Below, piece by piece: positions 12,762 through 23,241 of a stretch of 64,000 nt of DNA. Where the stretch lies: contig OZ024747.1 in the NCBI GenBank assembly GCA_964016885.1, positions 48,484,001 through 48,548,000 on the forward strand, read 5' to 3'. The DNA comes from Eledone cirrhosa (lineage: Eukaryota). The notes beneath the pieces are model-generated. The model was not told the DNA's origin, did no database searches, and worked only from the letters and a program-made list of their open reading frames with translations. Positions within the stretch are counted from its first letter, which is position 1. Each line of letters opens with the position of its first letter. Both the position numbers and the translations under genes were made by a program.

Positions 12762-12769
<8 letters not shown>
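12530..12769. repeat. Dispersed repeat with internal inverted duplication (12588-12623 vs 12733-12769)
   Basis: 12530-12623 nearly identical to 29592-29688; further related sequence at about 15878-16010 and 29690-29830. Confidence 0.8.
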
Positions 12770-12849
<80 letters not shown>

Positions 12850-13223
12850 TTGAGTCATTCGTTACACCACGTGGAATGCTGGGAAACTTAGGATTGCATG
12901 GATTCACAACCCCACAGCTACTATGCTGCGGAGGTATTGATCATGGTATGAGACTGGAGTAGATGGTATTGTAATCGTAAGGGGTAACACGGACGAATGG
13001 AACACGTAGATACATGTATGTATGTATGTATGTATATTTATATATATATATATATATATATAGTATTTACGTATCGAGAAAGAGAGAAAAAATGGAGGGA
13101 TAGGTGATACATATAGTTATTTGCCAAGTAGCGTATGCCAAAGGTGCTCGATACTAGTGCCGGCAGTATTAAATATTCGAAGTGTTAATATTTAGTGGGC
13201 TAGAGAGTTAGCAGAGCGTAAGC

Positions 13224-13446
<223 letters not shown>

Positions 13447-14218
13447 CGTTGTTCTATGTAGAATTACACATACACGCACACACCCAAACGTTATATTCTA
13501 CTGCTATATATGATGATTGCTTTCACCTGCTTCCACTACACTTTGATTTAGCGACCTGTATGTTCTGTGAACCACACAGATAAATTGCATTTGAACGCCA
13601 CCTATAACACTTGTTGCCATACTGTGATGGATACATGGAGTTCCACGATATGATCGCTTCATCTGGCTCCCGCTATATCTGGCTCCCGCTATATCTGACT
13701 CTGCCTACATCATTCACTTTGGTTGATACTATTTTTAAACTGTCACCTCTGGGATCCTCTACTGTCTACAACCATATTTACTTTATTTATTTGCATTGCT
13801 TATATAATGTGTTATCTTTTATGTTTCATTTTTATTTTTATTTTTATATACCTCCTATTTTTTATTCTAATGTTTATTTTTATTTTTATTATTTGTTATT
13901 ATTTTTTTTGTATTTCCTTATATGATCATCACTTTATTGTTATCTTTATTTTATCTTTACTTCTAGACTCTACCCTTTATGTTTTATCTCTTATCTTTAA
14001 TTTTCTTATCTTTTATTTTTCCTTATCTTTAATTATCTTTCCTTATTTTTCCTTAACTTTAATTATTGTAACTGATTTTGGTCTTATATGTATCGGTTTC
14101 TAGCAGTGACGCGTCGTCCAAGCACGCCACTCTTCTTAGTCCTCTTTGCTACATATGGATCGTTCTTCTGATATAGGCCAGTAGAGTTTATACTATTGAT
14201 CTAATTCCTCTTTATAAC

Positions 14219-14263
14219 GCTCTGATGAGTCCTGCAATTATGCAAGGACGAAACACTGTCAGC
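14219..14263 (+). ncRNA. Type I hammerhead ribozyme, canonical core
   Basis: GCT CTGATGA GTCC TGCA ATTA TGCA A GGAC GAAA C ACT GTC AGC; GUC site at 14258-14260; AATAAA follows immediately. Confidence 0.85.
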
Positions 14264-14561
14264 AAATAAAGATTAATTGATGATGTAAGCGCTTTTTGTT
14301 TTTGTTCCATATATATATATATATATATATATACGATATGTATACGATATATATATTAATTTCACGGCCAGGCTGTTCCAAATAATTGGAACACTCATCA
14401 TCAGAGCAGACGAAGGTCCAGCAACAACAGTAATATAACTAACTTTCTTTGGTATTTGGATCATATTTATTTGGTTTTGGGATCATAACTTAAATCTTCT
14501 TACATAAAATTATGATGGAACATTTTTAGATAAATAAAAAACACTTTAAAATAAACATTTT

Positions 14562-14818
14562 TATGTATACCAACGGAATGATGGTAAGCTACAAGGAGAC
14601 AAGCAAAGAAGAAACAGAGAGGAAAAAGTGTGTGCTATGTTTTTTACCCAGAGACGGATGTAGTAGCATGCTGCCACAGTGCTTGCTCGCTTCAGGGGCG
14701 GGCGAATAACGTGGCAGCATGCTACTACGTCCGTCAAAAAACAGCACACACTTTTTCCTCTCTGTTTTTTTCTTTGCTTGTTGCCTTGTCGCTTACCATC
14801 ATTCCGTTGGTATACATA
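14562..14818. repeat. Fold-back inverted duplication, arms about 110 bp
   Basis: 14562-14677 is the diverged reverse complement of 14711-14818 (TATGTATACCAACGGAATGATGGTAAGC / GCTTACCATCATTCCGTTGGTATACATA). Confidence 0.92.
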
Positions 14819-14831
14819 TATTACGCAATTT

Positions 14832-14889
14832 ACACCTGATGAGGTCATAGGATTCTTACGCAACCTGGCCACTGAAATGTGCATGGTGT
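14832..14889 (+). ncRNA. Degenerate type I hammerhead (cleavage triplet reads AUG, probably inactive)
   Basis: ACAC CTGATGA GGTCATAGG...CCTGGCCACT GAAA TGTGCA TG GTGT; shares CCTGATGAGGTCATAG with the 15277 motif. Confidence 0.6.
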
Positions 14890-15094
14890 TTACAGTAATA
14901 AAAATAATAAGGAAATTCAACATATTTGGCCTCCTGTCATTTCACTTTATAATACATTTACTCTGTTTCCGCACCACCAACATGATTCAACATTGAAGAT
15001 GGATGAATTGCATAACGTCGAATGCTTTTCTCATATTACGTCATGATTAGCATTATGACCAATTCTACCCAGTGGTAAACCCCCAAATTTAAAC

Positions 15095-15155
<61 letters not shown>

Positions 15156-15276
15156 CAAGAAAGTAAGTGTTGGTAAAATCCAGTACTTCAGTATGCGGAT
15201 AGGGACCACTCAACGAAGATATAAGTTCCGGAGTTATAATAGTGACGAAACATAAGTCAATTGCATGAACTGACTA

Positions 15277-15332
15277 ACTGCCTGATGAGGTCATAGCCAT
15301 TCAATGGCTATCATCGAAATATATATAGCAGT
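15277..15332 (+). ncRNA. Minimal type I hammerhead with palindromic stem III, enclosed by a perfect 31-bp inverted repeat
   Basis: ACTGC CTGATGA GGTC ATAGCCATT C AATGGCTAT CATC GAAA TATATA TA GCAGT then AAATAAA; inverted repeats at 15241-15271 and 15348-15378. Confidence 0.82.
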
Positions 15333-16139
15333 AAATAAAGGATTATGAGTTCATGCAATTGACTTATGTTTCGTCACTGTATATATATAATGTCAATACA
15401 CTGCCAATAATGAGTGGTCAGTTCTAGCGTCAGTCCCTATGGAAAATGACTGCAGGCTGTATATATGTGCCTGTATGTGTGTGTATATATATATAAGGTT
15501 ATATATATATATATATATTTTAAGGTTTAAACCTGTCTACGGAACAGGTTTGATTTTGAAATTTAAATTTGTCCAAGCACTACGGCCATTGCCAATACAA
15601 TTTGTTTTTGTTGATTTATGATGTATTATCTTAAGTCATGATAGGCAAACTGTAATATTATTATTAGTATATTTCTATCTAGCTAACTTGGTCATTTACA
15701 ATACAAACATAAATATGAGGATATTTGTGTTTATCAAATATATTGATTTATGTTAACCTATATTACACGGCTCAGAAATACTCTTTCTTCGAGCTATTTC
15801 ATTGTAAATGATCGCCTGAGATTTGAACTCATTATTATTGATTTTATATATATATATATATATACACACACATTTATAATAAATTGAAGTGAAAACCAAC
15901 TAGTGCGTGTGTTTTCACAGTTGGTTGGTTGGGTGGTTGGTTGGTTAGTTGATTCAATAAACGGATGGTTGTCTATATATTGTCAAAGCTCTTTCGTCAC
16001 ACATTCTGTGAGTCCCTCAGTTACTAGGTTTTCATTTTGTGTCTCTCCATTGTTCTATCCTACACCATCTTTTTTCTGTGTTGTGTGCTTAGTTTGCGCA
16101 TGCATTTCATCCGGGGGTGGGGCTATTCATTTATGTGTT

Positions 16140-16369
16140 TATGTGGGCTTGCAATCGAAAGGTTGTGAGTTCAATTCTCGGACCGGGTGATGTGTTGTTG
16201 TTTCCTTGAGCAAGACACTTTATTTCACGTTGCTCCAGTTTACTCAGCTGTAGAAATGAGTACCGGCCTGCCCGCCCAGCCAGTGGGATGGCGTTATCTT
16301 ATGGCTAAAACAGCACGACATGCTGTGACCAGCGGCGCCGATTGGCGCCCGACAGACTGGTCGGTCAAG

Positions 16370-16372
<3 letters not shown>
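16140..16372 (+). mobile_element. tRNA-derived SINE, partial
   Basis: B-box-like GAGTTCAATTC followed by TCCTTGAGCAAGACACTTT...AAATGAGTACC central domain. Confidence 0.6.
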
Positions 16373-16454
<82 letters not shown>

Positions 16455-16499
16455 AAATCCGTAAAATCGTGTTCGAACATTGCCATCGCCTGATAAAAT

Positions 16500-17948
16500 G
16501 CTCAAAAATCTGAGGCACGAATTTAGCTCTCTTAAAACCAACCAAAAACTTGCACCTTCTGGCACACACATGGCAACTGTAGACTCGTCTGGGACTTTCC
16601 ACTGCTTGGTTCTGACTGTGTGTTCTCCTGAGTCTTTTAAGACCGCCCTTGCTTGCACATTCCTTGCCACATTCCTTTTCAGATCATGTTGTTCATAATC
16701 TACATGAGGTCTACTGATATGACTTTGTTCAGGTCTCATCAGACCACCTTTGCTCAGGCAGACTCGACCACAGTCCTGGCAAACCAAATGTTACTCAACA
16801 GCAGCCAGTTCAGAACACTCCTTTTTCCTCACCTTCCTTTTCAGTGTTAGGTGTTCTCTTCGACGAGTTTTAAAGTGTTCACTACCTGACTTGATCAAAC
16901 GTCTTCCCTTCACACACTCCTGAGCCATTTTCTCTCATTCGTCAGATGAAATTCCAGCTCAAGCCAAGGTACCCCTGACACAGTCTCGGTACCGTATTTT
17001 TGGTTTGTGTGGTGGTCACCTTCCTTCGCACAGTTCACTGTAGAGAAGTTGCTTTGGAATACGATCATCAGACATACGGACCACGTGACTTCACCATCTC
17101 AACCAATGCCAAAAGATCATGCTCTCTATACACATGCACCTGCTCCGTTCGGGAATTTCCAAATCACTGACGAACATTTTCCATCACACCCCAACTATCT
17201 TACGAAGAGATTGTTGGTGAAACCTCTCCAGTTCCTTGAGGTGCTTTCTGTATGTGACCCACGTTTCACGAGTATAAAGCAAAAAGGAAAGGACACAAGT
17301 CAGATACTCTTTTACCTTGGTTTCAATGGTGTTACCTCGTCTGGACCATAAGCGTTCATTCATTTGTCCAAAAGCATCACTGTCTTTAGTGATTCTTAAG
17401 GATATCTCATCATCAAGTGTGCATGAATTGTTCAACGTTCTACCAAGGTAAACAAACTTGTCAGCAACTTTTAGCCTCTTTCCGTAGACGTACACACTTG
17501 GTGTAGTGTATTCTTTCCCAGGTGCTGACTGGTACATCCCAACAGTCTTTTCCCAGCTTACGATGAGGCCCAAAGCGCTGCAAGCTTCAGAAAAAGAGTT
17601 CTTAATATGCTGCATGTTACTTTGTGAGTGTACAAATAGATCGCAGTCATCTGCATACAAAGAAATCTCGGATTATAGATGTTAATACCTTCGTGCTTGC
17701 ACCAAAGCGCCTGAAGTGCGATACCTGATGTAAACTCCATGCGAACAATTTTTTTTAATGCCATGAGAAACACTATCGTAAAATATAAGGAAAACTAAGT
17801 TGGAGCCGCAATGCCCCCCCCCCCCCCCCCGCTTCCTCTATTTTCAACTGATATTGGTTCAGAGATGCTACCACCAATAATGACCCACGCCTTCATATCA
17901 TCATGAAAAAGACGCAGAATTTTCACAAACTTTGGAGGGCAGCCAAGC
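16500..17948 (-). mobile_element. Decayed RTE-clade LINE, 3' half
   Basis: GCPPKFVKILRLFHDDM, YADD, FVYLG, LLYTRETW and C-terminal C2H2-like CQDCGRVCLSKGGL / CHVCARRC, spread over several frames. Confidence 0.85.
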
Positions 17949-18576
17949 TGCACGCACTCGTCCAGTGTCCGAGCATTGCTGACTTGTGGGTTTATGTCGA
18001 ACACCTGCTGTCACGTGTAGGACGGATCCAGCTATCAGCTGAGTCCATCGTGAGGATTGCCCCGCCCTCCTCCTTTAGCCGGGAAGGGCAGGCAGTTTTT
18101 ATCTGTCTGGTGGCCATGGCGAAAGAGATAGTATAGTGGACACGTTTGAAAGGGCTGAAGACGAGCACTTACCTCTTCGGTGATGCCCTGATTAACTTTT
18201 TCAAATTTCATTTGAAAAGGAAAATCAGGGTAGAGAGGGAAGTGCTCTCTTCCCAGCATTTTGTTGAAAGATGGGTGAGAGAAGCAAGTATGGCCCGAGT
18301 GAATGGGCCTACTCTGAGTATGTGTCTGTAAATTAAAGGTGGAAAACTGGGAGAGGGCACTTGCCCTGGTGGTCAGGGCCACTGTGGTCTTTTAATGGGC
18401 TTTCTCCACAAATGTCGCTCCGAAGTCTCCCCCCTATTGGGGAATTTTTCTTTGTTATTTTATTACATCCTCTGTTTTTTTTTTACACGCAGAAATGCCC
18501 ATTTGTACCGTCCTGTATTGTCCTGTACTGTCCTTAATGTCTACTTTATGTAAACCCTTGTGGTTAATAAAGAAAA

Positions 18577-18577
<1 letters not shown>
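17949..18577 (+). mobile_element. 5'-truncated Tx1-like copy 3 (ORF2 end + 3' UTR)
   Basis: High similarity to 26279-26923; ends AATAAAGAAAAC-(ATT)n. Confidence 0.92.
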
Positions 18578-18634
<57 letters not shown>

Positions 18635-18640
18635 GTTGTT

Positions 18641-20871
18641 ATTCCTTGAATCTCAGTCATTGATGTTGGTTAACTGGAAAGTCCGTTGGATTGAATATCA
18701 AGCCACTACCTGCAGCCTCAGATATTCAGGACGTATCGGAGGGTTCTTGCTGTTCCAAGCAAGCATGCCTTTTGAAGCGTTCCAAAAAGCGTGAAGGGGC
18801 CGATTTTCTTTAACCATCCCTGGAAACTTTTGGAGATAGTCCCCAGTGCGCCTATGACAATCGGGATCACTTTGACTTCATGGCAGTTCCAGATCCTTTT
18901 CACCTCCCACTTTAGGTCCTGGTATCGGTTAATTTTCTCCCTCGCCTTCTCTTGCACTCTCGTGTCGAACGGGCAGGCCACATCCACAATCAGACACGAT
19001 CTTTTTTCTTTGTCCACAACCACCAGGTCAGGTCTATTGTGTTCCAGTTTTTTGTCCGTCTGTATCCTAAAATCCCACAGCACCTTCACCTGATTGTTCT
19101 CCATCACCGCCTCTGGCCTATGCTCATACCATTTCTCAGAATGTGGTAAATTGTTTACTTTGCACAGGTGCCAGTGGATCACCCTGCCCATCACATCGTG
19201 TCTCCAGCCCTTATAGTGGGTCTGGGCTAGGTGTTTACACTCGGACACAATGTGAGCCACAGTCTCCTCTCTCTCTCCACAGATCCTGCACAGTGGGCTA
19301 GCCTCCTCCTTGTAGATATGGTGCTTCAACCACTTCGTTTTGAGGGCCTGCTCCTGCGCAGCCATTAGCATTTCTTCTGTAGCCTTTTTGAGGTCTCCTC
19401 TTCTCAACCAGTTCCATGTCTGTGGATCTCTAAATTCAGTTTTCTCAAAGAAGGTACTATGAAGGGATTTTCCCTTAAGGCTGCTCTTCCTCCTTGATGT
19501 TATTTCCTCCTTGGACATCCCCTGGCCTACTGTCCCCTCCTTCAGTACAGCTCTGAGCATTGGCTCCTTACTATAGGTCACGTATTTGTATAGGTTGTTT
19601 TTCTCCATCTGAACACAGTCCTCTATGCTGATAAGACCTCTTCCACCCTCAGATCTCCTTAGGTAGAGTCTATCAACATCACTCCTCTTGTGGAACATGT
19701 TGTAGATAGTCAATAGCTTCCTAGTCTTCCTATCCATTTCTTTTTGTTCAGCAACATTCCATCTCAGAATTCCCGCACTGTACCTAATAATAGACACAGC
19801 TCGGGAATTTACTGCGCTTATGGCATTTCTGCTGTTCAGATGTGACTTCAATACGCTCCTTACTCTCCGAATGTATTCAGTTCTTAACAATTCCTTCATT
19901 TTTTTGTTCTTTATGCCATCAGCCTCCAGAACGCCCAAATACTTGTATTCTTCCTCAGAGTCAATTTCCTTTATCATCTCACCTGTTGGTATCTGGATCC
20001 CGTTACTTCTGCTCAACCTACCCCTCTTCATCACAATGACTCCACATTTACCAATACCAAACTGCATACATATATCACTGCTGAAAATACGGACAGTGTC
20101 AACAAGCACATCCAACTCCTTCTCACTTTTCCCGAAGAGCTTAAGATCGTCCATGAAGAGGAGGTGACTGATGGTAAGCTCTCCCCTTCCCAACTTGTAT
20201 CCTGCTCTCACTTTTCGCAGCATAATGGTCAAGGGCATCAGGGCAAGGACAAACAACAGAGGGGACAGGCTATCTCCCTGGAAGATACCTCTCTTGATCT
20301 TCACGCTTCCCAAGGATACTCCAGTTGATGTCAACTCTGTCTCCCAGGACCCCATACTCCTGCCTAGCAACTGTCTGATGTTATCTGCCACCTTGAAGAT
20401 CTCCAGGCTTTTGGTGATCCAGGAATGGGGCACCATGTCAAATGCCTTTCTGTAGTCTATCCATCCCATGGCAAGATCAGTGTGTCTCCTCCTGCAATTC
20501 CCCATTACCATCTTATCAATAAGTAACTGGTCCTTTGTACCACGTGACTTCTTTCGGCATCCTTTCTGTTCGTCCGGTAACAAGTTGTTTGTGTGGAGGT
20601 GATGGTAGATTTCCTCAGACACAATGCTCGTCAACAGTTTCCACATTACGGACAGACATGTGATAGGTCTATAGTTGGTAACATCATTACCCTTGATTCG
20701 GTCTTTCATTATCAGAACTGTGGTACCTTTTGTCAACCACTCTGGCACCTCACCCGACACCAAGCAGTCATTGAACATGGCCGTCAGCTTCGGGTGGAGG
20801 GATGTTAAATGTTTAATCCAATACCCCTGCACACCATCTGGGCCTGGTGATTTCCAGTTGGTTAGTTGGTT
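18641..20871 (-). mobile_element. 5'-truncated Dong/R4-type element, copy 2, with uninterrupted RT-CCHC-RLE
   Basis: KSPGPDG, YRPITCL, IDYRKAFD, GIFQGDSLSP, LFMDD, YKYLG, CRICG..H...C, RHD, RPDLVV; (ATT)n both sides. Confidence 0.93.
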
Positions 20872-20898
20872 ATTATTATTATTATTATTGAATGCCAT
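18718..20898 (-). CDS. Chimeric 726-aa RT-RLE ORF; ATG comes from the antisense strand of the Tx1 5' end and reads through (AAT)n
   Basis: MAF-NNNNNNN-QLTNWKSPGPDG..., no stop until YVLNI. Expression unknown. Confidence 0.5.
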   Translation of the reverse strand: MAFNNNNNNNQLTNWKSPGPDGVQGYWIKHLTSLHPKLTAMFNDCLVSGEVPEWLTKGTTVLIMKDRIKGNDVTNYRPITCLSVMWKLLTSIVSEEIYHHLHTNNLLPDEQKGCRKKSRGTKDQLLIDKMVMGNCRRRHTDLAMGWIDYRKAFDMVPHSWITKSLEIFKVADNIRQLLGRSMGSWETELTSTGVSLGSVKIKRGIFQGDSLSPLLFVLALMPLTIMLRKVRAGYKLGRGELTISHLLFMDDLKLFGKSEKELDVLVDTVRIFSSDICMQFGIGKCGVIVMKRGRLSRSNGIQIPTGEMIKEIDSEEEYKYLGVLEADGIKNKKMKELLRTEYIRRVRSVLKSHLNSRNAISAVNSRAVSIIRYSAGILRWNVAEQKEMDRKTRKLLTIYNMFHKRSDVDRLYLRRSEGGRGLISIEDCVQMEKNNLYKYVTYSKEPMLRAVLKEGTVGQGMSKEEITSRRKSSLKGKSLHSTFFEKTEFRDPQTWNWLRRGDLKKATEEMLMAAQEQALKTKWLKHHIYKEEASPLCRICGEREETVAHIVSECKHLAQTHYKGWRHDVMGRVIHWHLCKVNNLPHSEKWYEHRPEAVMENNQVKVLWDFRIQTDKKLEHNRPDLVVVDKEKRSCLIVDVACPFDTRVQEKAREKINRYQDLKWEVKRIWNCHEVKVIPIVIGALGTISKSFQGWLKKIGPFTLFGTLQKACLLGTARTLRYVLNI

Positions 20899-21104
20899 GG
20901 TTGACGGAGGCTCGGCTCTGTAAGGTATAGTAATTTTTAACCGTTAAAACAATTGTAAATTGTTTAAAACTTGAACCAAATTGTTGATAAAGACACCCTC
21001 CTCCTCGTGAGAGGGGTCTTTCTGTCCGTTATTTGGCCCTTCGGGGTTAAATAACCAGTTATTGGGGTTTTGTACCCAAAATTTCATTTTAAACAAAAAA
21101 CAAC

Positions 21105-23206
21105 ATGGCTACGAAAAAGAAATTTCATACGTCACTCCCACTCATTCCGTCTTCTTCTTCCTCAATCATCACTACAGCAGAGAGAAGATTGTCTCTCTCC
21201 CTCCCTTCTTTAAATGTGTCTCTCTCCCTCCCTTCTCTTTCGCAAGTGACGAAAGAAAAGAAAAGTCTCGTGCAAAGCGTGCAAGGTTTCTCCACGACGA
21301 CGACGACAGCGACGAAACAGGTGTGCGGGAAATACGAAAACCCAGTTCATTCGTCTGACGTCAGGAATAATAGCAGTAGCAGCCGTAATAACAACAGCAA
21401 CAGTGACAATGAAAACAACAGTAGCAGCCGCAACAGCATCACCAGCAGCATAAACAACAACAGCATTAGCAGCAGCAACACCAACAACAACCACAGCAAC
21501 AGCGGCGGAGGCAGTAGTCGTAGTACCTGCAGCAACAACAAAAGTACCAGCAGCTCTGACGACAACAACAACAGCAGCAGCAGAGAAAAACCAATCTCAT
21601 TTGCAGGTATTGCGAAAAACTTGGAAACAATCCTCATAACAAATGAGGAATTAGAGGAAGCGAAGAAGATGGTGACAAAGAATGGACACCGAGCAATCTG
21701 CAAGGCAGCGAAAAATTTTTTCGAAACCCAAGAGCACTGTACGGTCACGTACCGTACAGTAAGTACAAAATCCCGTAGGGTGGAAAGAGCCACAGAGGCC
21801 CAAATACAAAAAGCCTTGGGGTCTGTGTGGCAGAGGAAAACGCACATCACCCGAGGCAAAAAATACGCCACCGTAGACGTACTTTTTGCCACACCCAGGA
21901 GGCAAAGGCCCAATCAGTAGTGACCCTAAGGAGCGAGGAAATGGTGTTGGTGCCCTCCTACTGCGGGCAAAAAATTGTGAGGGTCAAACTGACCCACGTC
22001 CCCCCCGGAATGACCTCTTCTTGGCTGGCCGCGTCTGTCCTCGTCGGAATCGAGGACAAAACAACTGTACTGCAAGTACAGAAAAAAGTAAGAGAAGATT
22101 GGGTCGGCTCCTCCATTGAGATGCTAATCCAAACCAACCAGGAGTGCATCGAAGCTATCCCGGATGTGATAGACTTCGATAACGGCACTCAACTGCCCAT
22201 AAGTGTTGAGGGCAAACGCCCGAAATGCTTTCGCTGTGGATCGAAGACTCACCTCAGGGCCTTCTGCAACGAGAAGACCCTGAGAAAGGAGAAAACCCCC
22301 CTCCTTCCGAATCCGGCTCCACGGCTACCAGCAACAGGACAAGCGGCAACCAGGAACGATAGGTCCGTGGCACCCATACCCACTCCACGGAAATCAAAGA
22401 CAGCAGCAGCAGTGGAAATATTAACAACAACAACAGCAATACCAAATGCAGCTGCAACAGAGACTCCAGTGCAAACATCACCAACAACAACAAGTGAAAG
22501 AGTGGAGCTGGTACCCCTCCCCGACCTTACAGAATCAGACATGGAGTGTGAGGTGGGAGAGGGATGGCAAAAGGTCGCAAGAAGGCACAAACGCAGAAGC
22601 AGCGCATCGTCGCCTTTGAAAAGGGAGGAAAGAAATGAGAAAAGGGTAAAGTCTACTGCAAAGAGACCCACAGCAGCAACAACACCAACACCATCACCAC
22701 CCACACTAGCGCCACCATCACCACCGGCGACAACCCCACCGCCAACAACACCTTCAACACCACCACCACAAGCACCAACATCGCAAACACAACAACAAAA
22801 CACACACACCCAGCAACAACGACAAGAAAATAGCAGAACCACACCCCACCCCCAGAAAAACAAATGCACGGCAATAAATACACACAACAAGAAACTAATG
22901 ACTTACATAATTGAACACACAGACATTTCACAACAGGACTACATAATACCAGCACCAATCAAAACGCCAACTAACATAAGACTGCTAAAAATAGCACAGA
23001 AACAATACACAAATATCAAAACGAAATTCCCCAACGCAGTTGGTGATTTCAGGGACCTAGGAGGAACCATCAATCGAAGAGTATACTCAGACATTCTCTT
23101 AGAAGAGCCGACGACCAGCCGAAGGGACGATTCAACGGTCCCTTCACCAGACGATCAAGTGAAAAGGGATGTAAAAACCATCCCCCCTCTACCAAAAGTA
23201 CGGTAA
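21105..23206 (+). pseudogene. Tx1-like ORF1 with 1-nt frameshift near 21895
   Basis: ACACCCAGG here versus ACACCCCAGG in copy 1; split into ORFs 21105..21920 and 21827..23206. Confidence 0.85.
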
Positions 23207-23241
23207 GTGGTCTTTCCCATCTTTTCCACTCTATTTTAAAC

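Noticed and set aside
13500-13760. GIY-YIG endonuclease remnant upstream of the 14219 hammerhead
   Set aside because: Only a vague SAYIIHFG resemblance; too decayed to support without a profile search.
20989-21021. HDV-like ribozyme suggested by CCTCCTCGTG
   Set aside because: P3 does not close properly and no P1 partner or J4/2 motif follows; a simple GUGA-loop hairpin explains it.
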